Source: Hormiphora californensis (lineage: Eukaryota; Animalia; Ctenophora). Taken from it: DNA of 64,000 nt. The stretch is from NCBI GenBank assembly GCA_020137815.1, contig CM035354.1, positions 4,340,001-4,404,000 of the forward strand, written 5' to 3'. A model generated the notes under the pieces. It saw only the letters and a program-made list of their open reading frames with translations. It was not told the DNA's origin and made no database searches. The position numbers and the translations under genes were made by a program. The stretch's first letter is position 1. Every line of letters starts with the position of its first letter. This document shows positions 26,282 to 39,770 of this stretch, piece by piece.

Positions 26282-29200
26282 ATGGAGACTGGCGAGGTAT
26301 GCTGAGAGAGAAGCCAAGTGTGTGTGTGTCACATGTGTGTGTCAGTGTCACATATGTGTTACTTTTTAATGAACTCTCATTTTACCACAATGTAACATCT
26401 TGGCTCTATTCCAAACACCCCTCCCCCCTCTCTCTAGGCGGCAACATCCTCAGCGTCTGTAGTGGTAGAAGGGGGTCCTGTCCAGTCTCTACAAGATCTA
26501 TCTCGAAGGTATTCCATGCTCTCTTTGTGTTGGATTCTCAGTGTGTGTGACAAAGAGGGACAGTGATCACCCAAAACATCTTCAGCGACTAGCAGCCGAA
26601 TAGATTTTCCTTGGGGGTCATCATAAATTTTAAGCGCGATGCGCGGCGCGTCCCGCACGAGGCCGGCTGATTGAAGGGTGAAATAAGGCGGGAAGTCCAA
26701 CCCATCCGGTTTGAAAGATAGGATATCCGAATTGAGACATCTCTGATTTAGCGACCACAGCTTGGAATCAGTAACGGCTTTCTCTCCTGCCCCATGACTA
26801 CAAAGGTCCCAAATAATACCCTCCCAATTTCAACTGACCCATCGCCTTCTTGGCTCAGTTGGTTAGAGCGTCAGTCTCATAATCTGAAGGTCGTGAGTTC
26901 GAGCCTCACAGAGGGCATGATATTTTGTAAAAACTGACGACAAACTTGTTTTTTGTATAGTTCCAATCGTGTCTGTAAGCCGTGTCTGTGTCGAATTTTC
27001 CAACTTCATCTTATGATTTTTACAGGGTCCAATCCTTGATGGATGGTGACACGGGGAGAGAGAAAGAGGTCCTAGAAGTAACTGGAAGTCTGGCGGAAAG
27101 GGTTGCAGAAGGGCCCATTCCTAGCATTGTCCTAGGGGCAGTACACCACATGACAAATGTGCTATGCCAAAACGGCACCGCAATCAAGGGTAAATATATC
27201 GCACTTGGTTGGTCCTTGTTTGCAATTATTGATTCTTGACTCTATTTCGAATCAAGATATAACCGTACTATCACTGACAGCCTCTCTATTCCAGGTATTC
27301 TGATTGTGAAGAAGCTGATTACTAGAGCATGTAGTCCGGGTATTCTGAGTTCTCTCCACAGTGATTTGCTACAACTCTGTTTAGCGGCTAAACTCCCCTC
27401 CCCGGCCCTCCCCTTCCTGGACACCCATATCACTGATATTACCACTACTGAGGTTGGTGAGAGGTTACCCCCCCCCCCCCCCTAGTACCACGACGAATTT
27501 TCTAATTTATAGAAGAGAAATAAGTAAAAAGAAAATAGTTCTCCAACGTAGTATAACTAAACTAACTGATTACCCCGGCCCCATATTAATTCCCCCACTT
27601 CATATATCTCTCAGGATATTGATGTACAGCACATCCTCCAGTATTTCTACTACGGGGGTTGTATCTACAGCTCCCTATCCAACTTCCCCCGGGCCCTACA
27701 TTTCTTCGAGATGTGCCTCTCTGTCCCTGCTCAGCAGACCTCTGTTATCCAGGTAACCCCTTCTTCTTTTTTGGGGCCCCGGTTTAGCTTCTTCCATTCG
27801 CGATCTTACAATCACCCTACTGCATGTTGTCTCATATATAAGACCGTCCTCTTCGCACCGGGCCGCGTAGCGAGGTTGCGTGGTGTACAGTCAGTGTCTG
27901 ACAAATTGCATGCAGTTTAGTGTTTTGTTTGAAGAGTACTTTGCTAACCTTCTCCCCACTAACAGGTGGCTGCCTACCAGAAGGCAGTGTTGGTGACCCT
28001 GATATTGGGACGATGTAAACCCAACCACTTGATCCTATCCCGACCCTACTTCTCTCTGTTTGGTGCGGAGGGGAATGCAGAGAAGCTGGCAGCCTCCATC
28101 GCCCAGATGACACCGACATTAGAGAAACATGATAATCTCGGTCTCGCTAAACAGGTTAGGCGGGGTCGGGCTTGTTGAAACGGGCGGCGGGCGCGGAAAG
28201 AGAGGGTCGAGCAAGGAAAAGTTCGGTTAGGGTTTTAGCAATACTTTTCCCCCCGTACCAGACTATTATGTAACCCCTTCCTTTGTTCAGGCTTTAGAGA
28301 GTGTTCGAGAACGAGAAATTGCCAAATTCCACGATACCTTTGTGTCCCTCAAGCTATCATCTCTTGCGAGCCACCTAAAGCTAACAGTGACTGAAATCGA
28401 GAAACGGATCGGTAAAATGATAAACAACTCACAATTTCCTGCCCAAATTTGTAAGTTGAAAAAGAAATGAAGCTATCGTATTTGGTATTGTGGCAGCAGG
28501 CAGGACTGTATTGATAATTCTCCACTTTCGTCGGCCACCAATCTGACCGAGCACTCAAAACAAAACCATAAACTACCATCCCTCTAACTCCACCACCACT
28601 CAAACTCCACTCCTTCTAACTCCACCCCCTCTTACCACTACCCCCCTAACACCTGCAGGCAAGAAGGAGGGAGTGTTGTGGATGGAAACTGAGACTCAGG
28701 ACCCTGAAGAGTCTCTGGAACAAGTAAAGGCAGCTCTGGTGACCTCTATGAACTCTTATAATAAGGCAAAGGTAGGTCTCCCCTTGTTGTGTGATTAACA
28801 TAAAAGTTAGATGGTTAATTAAAGAGCCTTCTCGCCCAAATACGTAGTAGAAATAGTAGAGTTCACTTTCAACAAACAACAAGTTACACTGTACTGTGAG
28901 TCTGTCTAGTACAGTTTCAGTTTCTCTCTCTCTACATCATGGTTTAAACCCCCTGAAGCAAGGAATCAAGAAGAATATTTCCTGGAAAAGCGGGAAGTCC
29001 TCCTTTCTCAATCACCTCATTCTTCTCTTCTGAGACCTCTAATTTCTCTTCTCCATTTTCCTCCTCATTCTCAACCTCTTGTTTAATCTCATCTTCAACC
29101 TCGCTCTCTATTTCACTCTCTACCGCCTCTTCCTCCTCTTCCCAAACCAGATTCCTGGGAAAGTTACTAAACGGCCTCTTATTATCGCCCATACACGGCC

Positions 29201-31472
29201 AAGCTGAATCCCTTATCTTGCACCAGTGGTTCCGTGCTAGTGTTGCCAGGGTCCCATCTTCTCCCACCAACTTGATCCCCTCCTCCCCCTCCTCTAGTGT
29301 TTCTAGGAAGGAACACGCTAACTGAGCATCAGTAATCCGCTCCAACGCGACCATCAGGGACTTCATAACATGTCCATCACAGAGCTGTTTGAAGTTGAAA
29401 TTAGCCAACCAGTAGCGGAACAGGGGGATCTTGTATCCTACCATGAGAAGAGCTAGGATCTGCTGCATGAACTCACCGACTAGGTCGAACTGGACCACCA
29501 TGGCCATTAGAAGATCCAAGTGTTGTGGTTTCGTGGTCTTCGCCAGGAGGGTTGAGAAGTGGAGTTGGAGGTTAGATTTGTCTGCTGGTGTGTTGGATAG
29601 AAGGACGGCGAAGGAAGGCCCTGGAGCCGTGTTTAACTGCCAGATCCAGAGCTAGGAGAGCATAGTCCCAGTAAGCCGTGAAGCCATCTGATGGGTCAGG
29701 AAGGTTGGTTTCATAGAATGATAGACATCCAACATCAGTCCAACTAACTTGGAATACTCCCAACAATTTGACCAAGTCACCAAACACCTTGAATTCTGTA
29801 TCATCCACCAGCTTCTCAAGACTACCCGTGTAACAAGCGTCCACAAAGATTCTCACTGCCTCGGGTTGGAAATCAGAGACATCGTGATCTAACTCCCCTT
29901 CTCCCTCGATAATGTTCTTCAGGACAGGAGAGTTGTGTGCTAGGATGAATGATGTCACTTCAATCTTGCTACCATCCTTCAGAATAAATGAGTAGTTGCC
30001 GTGCTGGGGTGATGCTAGTAGTCCTCTCCCAAAGTTAACACCCTGTGATAGGGAGGGTTTGTCCTCTACAGTGTGAATATCAATAGTAATCTCCACCACA
30101 GAATCTTCACCTTCAATCTTGTAGTCGGGGTATTTAGCTTCATACTGGACTGGACTGGATTTTACTCTCACTTCCGTTCCCTGTCGAACTGTGCTTACAA
30201 CCACATCATTGAATGCCATAACTAGACCAGAACCAGCGTTGTATCCTGTTACTGTAACACCTAACTCCCCTTCCTTCTCCTTCTTTCCTTTCTTGAAGAA
30301 CACACTTCGAGATCCCAAATGATCTGCTCAGTCTTGTAGCTGGAGTGTAACTCACCCCCACGTAGTAGGAGGTGTCCCGGGAAAGTCTCGTGAAAATACA
30401 ATAGGGAGGGATAGATAGGGTCTAATGGATGGTTCACCAAAGAAGCTGTCTTTAACCGAGATCTCAGCCAAGATAACGAATTCCTCCCTCTCCCCAATCT
30501 CACTAATAGGCATGAATTCAGTCCATCCCTTGCCTAGTTTCAATGCCGTCTCATCCTCCTCAACAGCACTAGAGAAAGTATGCACCTACGTACTGGTGTA
30601 GTCCTGAATCCCTGTTCTGTGAGAGAGAACCCCTGCAGTACAACTCCACTCTGGGCACTGAGTCAAGGGGTTCATAGTGGAGGAATGCAGATAGCTGGTC
30701 TTGGGTTTGTTTAACCTGCTACCTCTCCACGCAAAGCTCTGGTAGATGAAGGTTCCACCAGTGGTCGGTTTGTTTGTGTTGAGATCAGAGGTTTTGAATG
30801 TCTGGGTAAAAACTGTAGGCTTCATGGTTGAGATCCTAAATAATAAAAGAGAATTTGAGTTAAAATTAAAGCTTGTTACAATCAACAACGGACCTAAATT
30901 TAAAATTCCTTCAAAGGCAAGGACAGTTCAAAAGCAGCTGAAAAGTAGTAGAGTAGAACAACAAGAACAAGTGATCGGGCAGGCGACTGCGGTGCAGGAC
31001 AGTCAACCGTGAACATCAAGATAAAGAATGTGTGTGTATGGTATGGGAGGGGGTTGGAGCACTGTGTCGCGTGATCTGACACACTCACAGAAACTGATAG
31101 GTCACACAGACAAGTCGTCAAACAGACAAAGAATTGTTTAGGCTGTGTGAGAGACAGTTAAAACAAATCTCTCTCTGTTGGATGAATGCGAATATTGGCC
31201 GATAAGTGATATCACAAACGGTTTGAAAGTCGAAACTGATACGAACACACATACGAAACCAGATCTTGCCAGTTTCATTAACCCTCTACTCTCCGCAGGA
31301 ACTAAACACTGCACTGTCCCTAAACCCAAAGTTCCTGGCCCGAATGGTGGAACTAGGACCTAATAAAGACCCCTCTGGGGCTTCCTCATCTTACTTTCCT
31401 GCACACGGGAAATCAACCCACGAGAAAGATCAGTTTAAGAAGAAAATAATTGACCTGTTGGAAATGGAGTAG
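26282..31472 (+). CDS. COPS3: COP9 signalosome subunit 3
   Basis: LSSLHSDLLQLCLAAK..ALPFLD, LQYFYYGGCIY..RALHFFE, DNLGLAKQ..FHDTFVSL; last exon ELNTALSLNPKFL at 31299-31472 after the intron 28772-31298. Confidence 0.85.
26844..26917 (+). tRNA. tRNA-Met(CAT), elongator type, inside a COPS3 intron
   Basis: GCCTTCT/AGAGGGC acceptor stem, D arm GCTCAGTTGGTTAGAGC, anticodon loop CTCATAA, T loop GTTCGAG. Confidence 0.95.
28944..30825 (-). CDS. Intronless BTB/POZ protein with N-terminal MATH-like region, nested in the last COPS3 intron; frameshifted
   Basis: BTB motif FILKDGSKIEVTSFILAHNSPVL..DFQPEAVRIFVDACYTG; GKGWTEFMPISEI MATH-like; four ORF pieces joined by +1 shifts. Confidence 0.75.
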
Positions 31473-31674
31473 AGGAACTTTTGTCACTGTGTGTCACGGT
31501 CGGCTGATTTGGTCAAAAGAGACAAATAAACTCTAAAGTTCTTTATGTGGTGTTATTGTAAATATCCGTTTTGTGTTTATTTCAACCAAATTGAACTGGT
31601 TTAGGATTTTGTACCAAACCGCCGACCGATAAGGAATTGAAAGTTCCAATGGTTCCAGGTTCCGCTGTATGGCG

Positions 31675-31722
31675 GCGCCATACCCCATTTGATTCTCAGA
31701 TGGGTCGCGGCGCCAGACAGAG
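31675..31722. repeat. Dispersed repeat fragment, inverted copy at 44217-44282
   Basis: CCCCATTTGATTCTCA..GATGGG..GCGGCGCCAGACAG recurs reverse-complemented in a glutaminase intron. Confidence 0.6.
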
Positions 31723-32275
31723 GTTCCGTGATTTGATCTCACACATGTTTACATCTGCGCAGATGGTCCCTCATGTCGAGTTACACACGATGCTTAAGTG
31801 GTGTACTTTTTACATAACGATGAGACCGCGCGCAACGCAAATGTTCAGAAATGTGTGGGACAGTATGGCACACCAAGTTCCATGGTCTAAATTGATCTAA
31901 GAACTTTGTTTGAACACAAAACTCGGGTTTTAAGCTCTGAAATAATAAGTCATACAAAATCATAATTTACATCTGAAGGATAAAAACGTGTTGTCACTGT
32001 TTCATATCATTATTCATGCGTCAATCATCATCTTTTAATTCTTGTACCTACAGGAACACCATTCTTCGATTCATGTATGCCAGTGAGTCAGCCCTTGATA
32101 TTACAAGTCATGTCCCGAGTTCTTTACCATTTCTCTGCTGCAGTCCCTACGTACTCCCTACCCATCGCTATCTTCATCTTCTCTACTGCAACTCATGCTA
32201 CTACATCATTTATTTTAGCATCTCTAATTGCATGCTCAACTACTACTACTGCACATTTGTCTTTGTCTCGCTCAC

Positions 32276-35200
32276 TCAAAAGTTCCATTGCCAAGAACTA
32301 CTCTTGCCGTTTGTCCGATCTTAGGACAGCTCAGCCTCAGGACCCGTTTCTTGTTTCCCGATGATTTGAACAGTAGGGAGGGTGCTGTACATGAGAGGTG
32401 AGCCACCAGTGCCTCTCTCAGTTCTTGCTCCATGGCTCCCTTACCCCACTCAGATCTGTGTCGAGCTACGTGTTTCTGGGGTAGGGGGAAGTTGTTAGGA
32501 TTATTGGATTAGTGATGGTGTAGTGAATAATTCGCAACCAGATAAATAGCTATTCGTCTGCAGCTGAGTATTTAGAGAGATATGGAAGGAGTAGACCATA
32601 TATCCACTTACCAGGTCAGCTAAGGGGAACCAGTTATCGATGGTATGAAAGTGCCGAAATTCTCCCAGGGGCACCCTTATCTCTCCCAGAAAATCATCAG
32701 CCCCCAGTGTCCTCTTGTGGTACACAGCTAACAGCACAGTCCTGGGGTGGAGTTAGTCTCAGATTTGGAAGGAAGATTGGAATTGGGGATATTTAGGGTG
32801 AGTTAGGTGCTCTCTGTCGTTGAGTACCCTCTGCTGTATACACTTCTCGCGGGAAGCCACCTCGGATGTATGGCTCTGTCTCTCCCTCTCTGGTTGCTAT
32901 GGCAACAGTTTGTAACTGGGGCCCCTCAATTTACAGAATGGCAAGGAGGAAATGCATCACAGTATAATACATTCTCTCTCCTACAGTGTCTCTTGTCATT
33001 TTGAACTGTGTTGAATTTTTCCCATGCTTTAATTAGGATTATAATTTCTCGCTTGACTCTCACTCAGATTATGCTAATGCACTTACGCTGTTTGAAGTAG
33101 CTGGACGGGAATTCCAAAATCAAATGTTTCGTTCCATACGGGATCCAGGCTGTTTTTAACCACCTGAAATGAAGGGTTGTAGCTGTAGTTCCCAGTTGGT
33201 ATTATATTTATCAACCATGGGGTATCAAATATCTAAAAAGATATCACTTTACTCAGGTGCCCTCCCTCCCTACTCTCAGCCAGTCTCAGTCCCTCTTATT
33301 TGCTCGTTCTGATGTTCTAAATCAATTCCTCTCAGCCCTCTCTTCAGCAGAGCTTCTATCCTAAAGTGCTTCGTCTCTCTCTCGCCGCAGTCTAATTATC
33401 TATTTACGTCAGAGTGTACTGTATACATTGTAGCTGTGCTCTACGTTATATAGTACAGCTGACATTGTATGATATTTTGTAGTTGTTTGTCTTCGCTTTG
33501 GTCACCTGTCGTGTGTAGTAAATGTACAAACGTGAACGTTACTCGCAAGACCCCCTTTTTGAGATTTAGCACATCTATCATGTAATACAACGCACTCTAT
33601 CGCTGTTTGTTCCTACCTTGGTCGATTTCACTGGATATTTCCCTGCCAGGGTAACCCTAACATAGGTATCACTAGACGCTCCATCCCCTCCCTTTGCTGC
33701 AAGAGCCTCTCCAGCACAAATCCGCACGTGCAGGGTACTGGGTGTTGTATAGGATATCTGCATATGAACCCCTCCACTAATACTCCAATCTTGCTGCAGG
33801 GAGGGGGTGTAAATTTGAGTTGGGAAATTCAAAATGAAACATATTCTAGAAACTAAGAATATATTGAAATATTCAAGTAGAATTATTATACCGATACCCT
33901 ATCATTGTGTGTCCGATATGAGCCTGGTGTGTGAGGTGTGTGAAAATCACGCCAGCACCTCACACGAGATTATGGAGTTGAGTTGCTGGAGATAAAGTTA
34001 CAACCCAGTTAGACCCAAGGTTTTGTTTGGTGTACTTGTAAATGTATCTGGTTGCCCCCCCCCCCCCGGCCCCCTAAACTACAATCGACAATCTCTACTT
34101 CTTGTAGGCCTGTGGTTGAGTAGTTATATTAGACTGATGAGTAGTAAGGCTGCTGAATAGTGATATCATGCCATCATGGGTATCATATATTATTCTCTAA
34201 ACTCTGCCGTTTTCTCTCTTATTACTCTCTCGTGTTGTTGTTTTATCAACGCTTTGAAAACCAGCCAAGTTTGTTAGATATTACACAGCCATTTTTGTCC
34301 GACCTGTCAGTGTGAGGCAACTCAATTTATGCTTTTTGTAGTTTGTATCTTTCTTTTCTGGCCTACTCAGGAACTGAACTTGCAAGTGCACCTTGTATAC
34401 TAGAACTAACTCCCACCCCCTATCCACTTTTAGTACATGTGTCTCATGTCCAGTTGCATTTGACCATCCTGACAAAAACCATGGCAACAGAAGTCCGGAA
34501 GCGTCTCATCTCACAGGATCTCTCTCCAACCTCCTCCGAGCTCCCTTCAGACCTCCTAGACGGGCTATGTGAGGAGGAGCTAAACAGTGCCAGTGAGGGG
34601 GGATGATGATAGTGTGATAGGAGAGATGGAGGTGGAGGAAGTGGAGGAGGGTTATTGGAGGGAACTAGATCTGGGGATATCACGCCAAATATTTGATAGA
34701 ACATCTGAAAGTGAGCTGCTGGTAGTGGTATTCAAGTTGTGTGAGGTCTTGTTCTCAACAGTTACCCTGGTGCCCTTGACTCTCCTGATAATCCTTCAAT
34801 CTGGAGATTTGGATCGTTTTACCAACTCAACTAACTTCCTCCTAACCACTCTTCTGAACCTTGTTATCACTATTGTTGTCAAGGCATTGGTTGCTAGGGA
34901 ACGTCCAACAGGGTACCCCTCAATTGTTCTATTTAGTTTTCCATCAGGCCATGCATCCCGTGCAGGGGTTATAATCATGACAGTTCTCCTGACTAACTCT
35001 ACCTCTCTTCTGGGTGTGGTGATATGTGGTGGTATTATAGCGGTGTCCAGGGTTGGCATTGGGAAACATTTGGTTAGCGATGTGGTTGGTGGAGTTGTAG
35101 TGGGGATGATGAACACTGTTCTGGCAAGCGCTACCGTGTGGTGTGAGAGAGATACACTGGCGGGGTCTTTTGGGAAGGTTCAAATCTTTCAGCATCGAGT

Positions 35201-36648
35201 GGAAGAGTGTTTTGGAGTTTTATCGTGAGTTGTTTTGTGTGATTTATAAACTGACTTGAACGTACTGGACGAAGTGGCAAAATGTTAAATTTGTGATTCT
35301 AACATTCTAACATTTTTGATTCAAATAATCACGTTTTGATGTCTGAATTTATGCTGATCTTTTCCCATGATTCCAAAGATTATTGTTTCACTTGACCTTG
35401 ACCCAAACTGAGATTGTCCTATATACTCGGAGTCGCGACTAGTCGGACCTGAGGATAACAGTACTACAAACTACAATCGAGTCTTGTACCTGGTCTTGTA
35501 ACTCCTCCCAGATGGGATCACCAGCCATATCATCCCATGATACCTGAACCATTGTCTCACCTATCACATCACTGTCATCGTACACCCTGGATTTTGTTGT
35601 TATAAGTTGGGGGAAGTAAGAATGAAGCTAGATGGATTTCGGACACTAAGATAGAGCTAAAGGGTCATGGGGTGAATCGGTGATTTCGATAAGGAAACAA
35701 TTAGGTATACGTTTTATAGCTGCCCAGAAAACAAAACATCTCATATTTCGATCCATGTATTACAAACCGGGAGTACATACCTGAAAAGTAGTCGAGTATT
35801 GGGTAAATCCTCCTCACTGACTCTAAACACCAGGATCTCATTCCAAACAGGGTTAGAGGAGTCCTTCTTTTTCGTCGTCCTATCACTTTCCCCGTCTGTA
35901 GAGTCCAACAATATCACCTCGATCTTCAAACAGGATGATATGTTAGAATAGGTTCATGGGTAGCGAGGTGATTACTAAGCACATCTATTGAAGTTGTGAC
36001 GGCACCAAAGTTAATAATGTTCATCATAATTTCAAGTTGCCCATTTTGCCCACCTGTGGGTTAACGTTTAGCCGGGCCACTTGGCGAGACGCCAGCCCCT
36101 GGGCAGCGATAATCCGGACCATTAGCAGCTGCCTATCTGACTTGTATTTTAAAGCAAACCCAAACTCTCCCGTAGCATCACCCTGAGCCTTCTTTACAGC
36201 TGGGTCCAGTTGGGAGAACAGGGACTTCACACACGCATGCTTCACCTGATGAATATGTTGCTTTAGAGAATGAAAGATCCCTTTTTCTAGATTCTGACAA
36301 TTTGAGCGAGATAATTGATAAAAACAATGGAATCGACAAACAGAAAACACATACCTCTTGACTCATCTCATTTTCTTCCTCTTTATTTTCATCTTCACCA
36401 CCTCCCAATGTGTCATGATAGGGAACCGTGGGTCGCTCTACTCCCCGTGGAGACTGAGGTTTCGGGGACTGAGGTTTCGGTGACTGAGGTTTCGGAGATT
36501 GAGGTTTTGGAGATTGAGAAGACTTTGGTGATCCCAGTGAAGATTGTGGGGTTGATGATTTGACTGGAGGAGAAGGTTGTGACCTGGGGAGTGATCGGAT
36601 AGTTTCCCCTCCTGCCCCTGGATCAGGGGTTATCTCCTGATCTAACAT
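32276..36648 (-). CDS. Tandem C2-domain protein (synaptotagmin-like, no transmembrane segment seen)
   Basis: GEFGFALKY..LLMVRIIAAQGL, KKDSSNPVWNE, LHVRICAGEAL..SSDTYVRV, LDPVWNETF, DDFLGEIRVPL; N-terminal PQSPK repeats. Confidence 0.8.
34481..35228 (+). CDS. Intronless PAP2-family lipid phosphate phosphatase (PLPP6-like), nested antisense in the C2 gene
   Basis: C1 KALVARERP, C2 SFPSGH, C3 SRVGIGKHLVSDV; one extra G in the run at 34597-34602 splits the ORF. Confidence 0.85.
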
Positions 36649-36775
36649 AGCACTATTATAATAGGAGTAGAGTTGGTAGTTAGTTGAATCTTCAGAATCA
36701 GTTATCACGTTTAGTCGGTCAAATAACAATATGCAACTGTATTTACAATATTTACAAGTTATAAATCTCTTCATT

Positions 36776-37695
36776 TTATCGGTTATTTCGTTTAGAGGCT
36801 AAGTGAGCTAAAGATGGTCGATTAGAGTTCACTTTTTGAGTTGTATTTTGGGGTGAGGGTGGTGGTTGGGGCTTCTTTTTCGGTTGTTTGTCCCTATTTT
36901 TATCGTTCGTCATCTTGAACAGCCTATCAATATCTATTTTCCCTACAACAACAGATTTATCTGCCACCACTATGTCTGCATCGGTGTCTCGTAACTTCCT
37001 CCCCAGCTGTTCGTCATCTATGGCAAGACGAACAGGTGCGTAGAGGTTAAACCATTGTTTAGACATGGGTGACTAGGCCAATATCTGTGAAGGCATACTG
37101 CCACTGAGGTAACCCAAGGTGCATAACCATCAGCCGGAAATACTCCATGAAGGAGGATGCCAGAAAGTGCCATCTAACCGCTCTATCCAAGAACCAGATT
37201 TTAGGGTTTGCTACCACCCCCTCTTCGTAAACGAGGCACACCTTCCCCTGGGAGCAACACGCGTCTATCTCAAACGCCTTCTCGATCTGACTAAACCTCG
37301 GTCTATCAGTTTCATCATCACTTTCAGTGTCAGTCACAGTCACACTTTGTGTTGCTCCCTGTTTCTCACTACCCGGCATTGCAATTCTCTTCAGATTTCC
37401 CAGTGGGATTCACCTCCATCCTGCCGAGAGGTATGACGGAACCGTTAAATTTGACACTCCAGCACAACAGTAACCCATCTGTGGTGATGTAGAAGTTCTT
37501 CAAGTCTTCAGGCATGTGAGTGCAGTGTTCCTGTTCCCAGTCACATATCCGGCCTGGATCCGCTGGTTTTCTGTCCAACAGCTTGACATCGGTGACTCCC
37601 GTTCTCTTTTCTAGTGATCGCACTATTCCAAGGCTGATCCGATCGTACAGTTCTCGAGTCCGGGCAGCTTTCTCATCAGGTAGGGTGGTTGTCAT
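36776..37695 (-). CDS. TPGS2: Tubulin polyglutamylase complex subunit 2, intronless, two frameshifts
   Basis: WEQEH..MPEDLKNFYITTDG, IPLGRME, IWFLDRAVRWHFLASSFMEYFRLMVMHLGLPQWQYAFT..KQWF. Confidence 0.9.
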
Positions 37696-37895
37696 CTAGG
37701 ACGCTAAAACCTGAAATCACGAGTTTTAGGGAGAGTGGCATAGTCGAAAACATCAATAGGGAAATTAAGCATACAGCGTTTGTAGAAAAATCTGAAAACT
37801 AATAAATTATACAACCATTTTTACAAGACCTTGACAATCCCAATTCACAAATATCAATACTGTATTCAAATTCCAATAGTACTTTAGTTTGCATT

Positions 37896-39525
37896 CAGCC
37901 AGTAGCAGTGGCTTGGTACCGAGGGTTATATTGAACATCTCTCAACCCCGGAATAGACCCCTTCAACCTGGTAACACTCTCATTAGTCACCTCAGGACAC
38001 CTGTGCAGATTAATGCTCCTCAACCTCCTGGTGCTTCTCCAGAAACCCTAGCCCAACACCCGTTACCCCCTTACAACCCATGAGACTAAGGTGTTCCATC
38101 CTGGGGAGACCGTGAGAGATGTGGTGCAGGGATACATCCGTCAGGAAATCAAGATGATCCAGGTCTAGCCGCGTTATTGAGCCAATGGTACAAATAGAGC
38201 CAACACCAACGTCTGTGACTGCACGGCAGAAGTCGATGGAGAGGGATTGGAGAGAGTTGGGGGAGCAGGAGGCTAGGATTGAGAGGTGGTCATCTGTTAT
38301 GTTTGTGTGGAATAATGCGAGTGCTTTGATGGAGGAGATGAATATACCGGCATGGGGAAAGATTCCAGGTGCACACTTGACCCAGCCCAAATTTAGGTAT
38401 CTGAGGTGTTTGGATTGAAGGATTATTGCTGCTAGTGCATCTTCATTCACTGCCATACATGTGACCAGTTCCAGTGATTTCAAATTGGGGGCCTTGATCC
38501 GAGATACAATATCGCTGGTGACTGCAAAGGATCCTGACAATATGAGGGTTCGAAGGGTGGGAAGTTCAAACACAGTCAGCACTTCGAGGGACGAAACTGA
38601 GAGATGAGAGAGATCAAGATACCTCAGACCAACTATAATGTCCTGAATGGGATTGATGCTATCCAGACTTCGGCATCCAGACAAATCTAAGTCCCTGAGT
38701 TGAGTCAGGCTACCCAATCCATGGATGCTCTTTAGTTGAGTCAGCCCCGCTAAACATAACCGTCTCAGTTTGCCCATTCCTCCTATGACATTTCCAACTT
38801 TGGTAAGCCCAGAACATCCTTTGAGAGACAACTCCGTAACATTGACACACTTCTTTTGGATCATTGTGAGAGTCTCTGAAGTCACGGAACTCCTGTCAAG
38901 GTATATCTTGGTTATGGCACTGTAACAAGCAAGATGTTGGAAGCATATCAACACTGACACACTCTCATCATCTAGTTTTTCTGGGCCAATTCTGCAGTTA
39001 GACATGACAACTGCACTTCCCACACTCCCATTCCTGGTGCAATAAACATTTGGAATGAGCTGTTGGGGTGGATGGTACTTTGAAGGGTCGTTCAGCAGGT
39101 GGCAATTGAAGTCTGCAGTCGGTGAGGGCAAAATTTATCGGGATCCGTTCAAGTTTCTGAATTGGGAAAGAAGAATTTTTGATGTGCAGTGTGCTATTGC
39201 GGTTTAGAACTGAGATTAGAGGGTCAAACCAATCTTCGCAAAACTCATCCAAGAACACATTCTGTGCAAAAGAGAGAAGTTTCAGTGTCCAGTTATCCAA
39301 CAATCTTGTAGTAGAGACAAGGGTAATTTTAGAACACTCCCAGCTATTCCAAGTTTCATGACACAATTCCAAATCAGGATTAGGAAGAATTAGGGAGTAT
39401 GCTCCAAAGTATGGACTGCAAATCCGTCTGAAATTAGAACACGTCGTTGAAATGGTAATGATGTCATGAAAGCTTAGGTATCCCAAAACTTCTGAGAGGA
39501 TTTCTTCCGGCAAGCCAAGAATCAT
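37896..39525 (-). CDS. F-box/leucine-rich-repeat protein, intronless, frameshifted
   Basis: F-box LPEEILSEVLGYLSFHDII..TCSNFRRI; multiple LxxLxLxxC LRRs; the frame continues past 38010 after a +1 shift. Confidence 0.85.
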
Positions 39526-39682
39526 TATTGATTCCAGAGGCCATTAAGAAACTAAGGGTCCTAAGAAGAGCTAGACATTAGCCTACCAGTAAATAGTAAT
39601 CCAGAGAAAAATCACGGCCAGAACCCCCGACCCAGCCGTGAGCCGACGCAGGGAAGGTCAGGGTGGCGGGGGCCAGCGTTGA

Positions 39683-39770
39683 AATCTGGGTGTTTGGTGA
39701 GTGCTAACAAACGTTTTTCAGGGTTAGGGCTAAAGTAGGGTTAGGTTTGGGGTTTGGATTGGGGTTAAGC
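39683..39770. repeat. Partial relative of the TTAGGG-containing MITE at 17276
   Basis: AAATCTGGGTG..TGCTAACAA..GGGTTAGGGCTA..TTTGGGGTT colinear with 17275-17385. Confidence 0.6.

Noticed and set aside
26982-28770. Proteasome lid subunit (PSMD11/PSMD3)
   Set aside because: The PCI-domain motifs fit COPS3 better (LHSDLLQLCL, YYGG, NLGLAKQ, SLNPKF)
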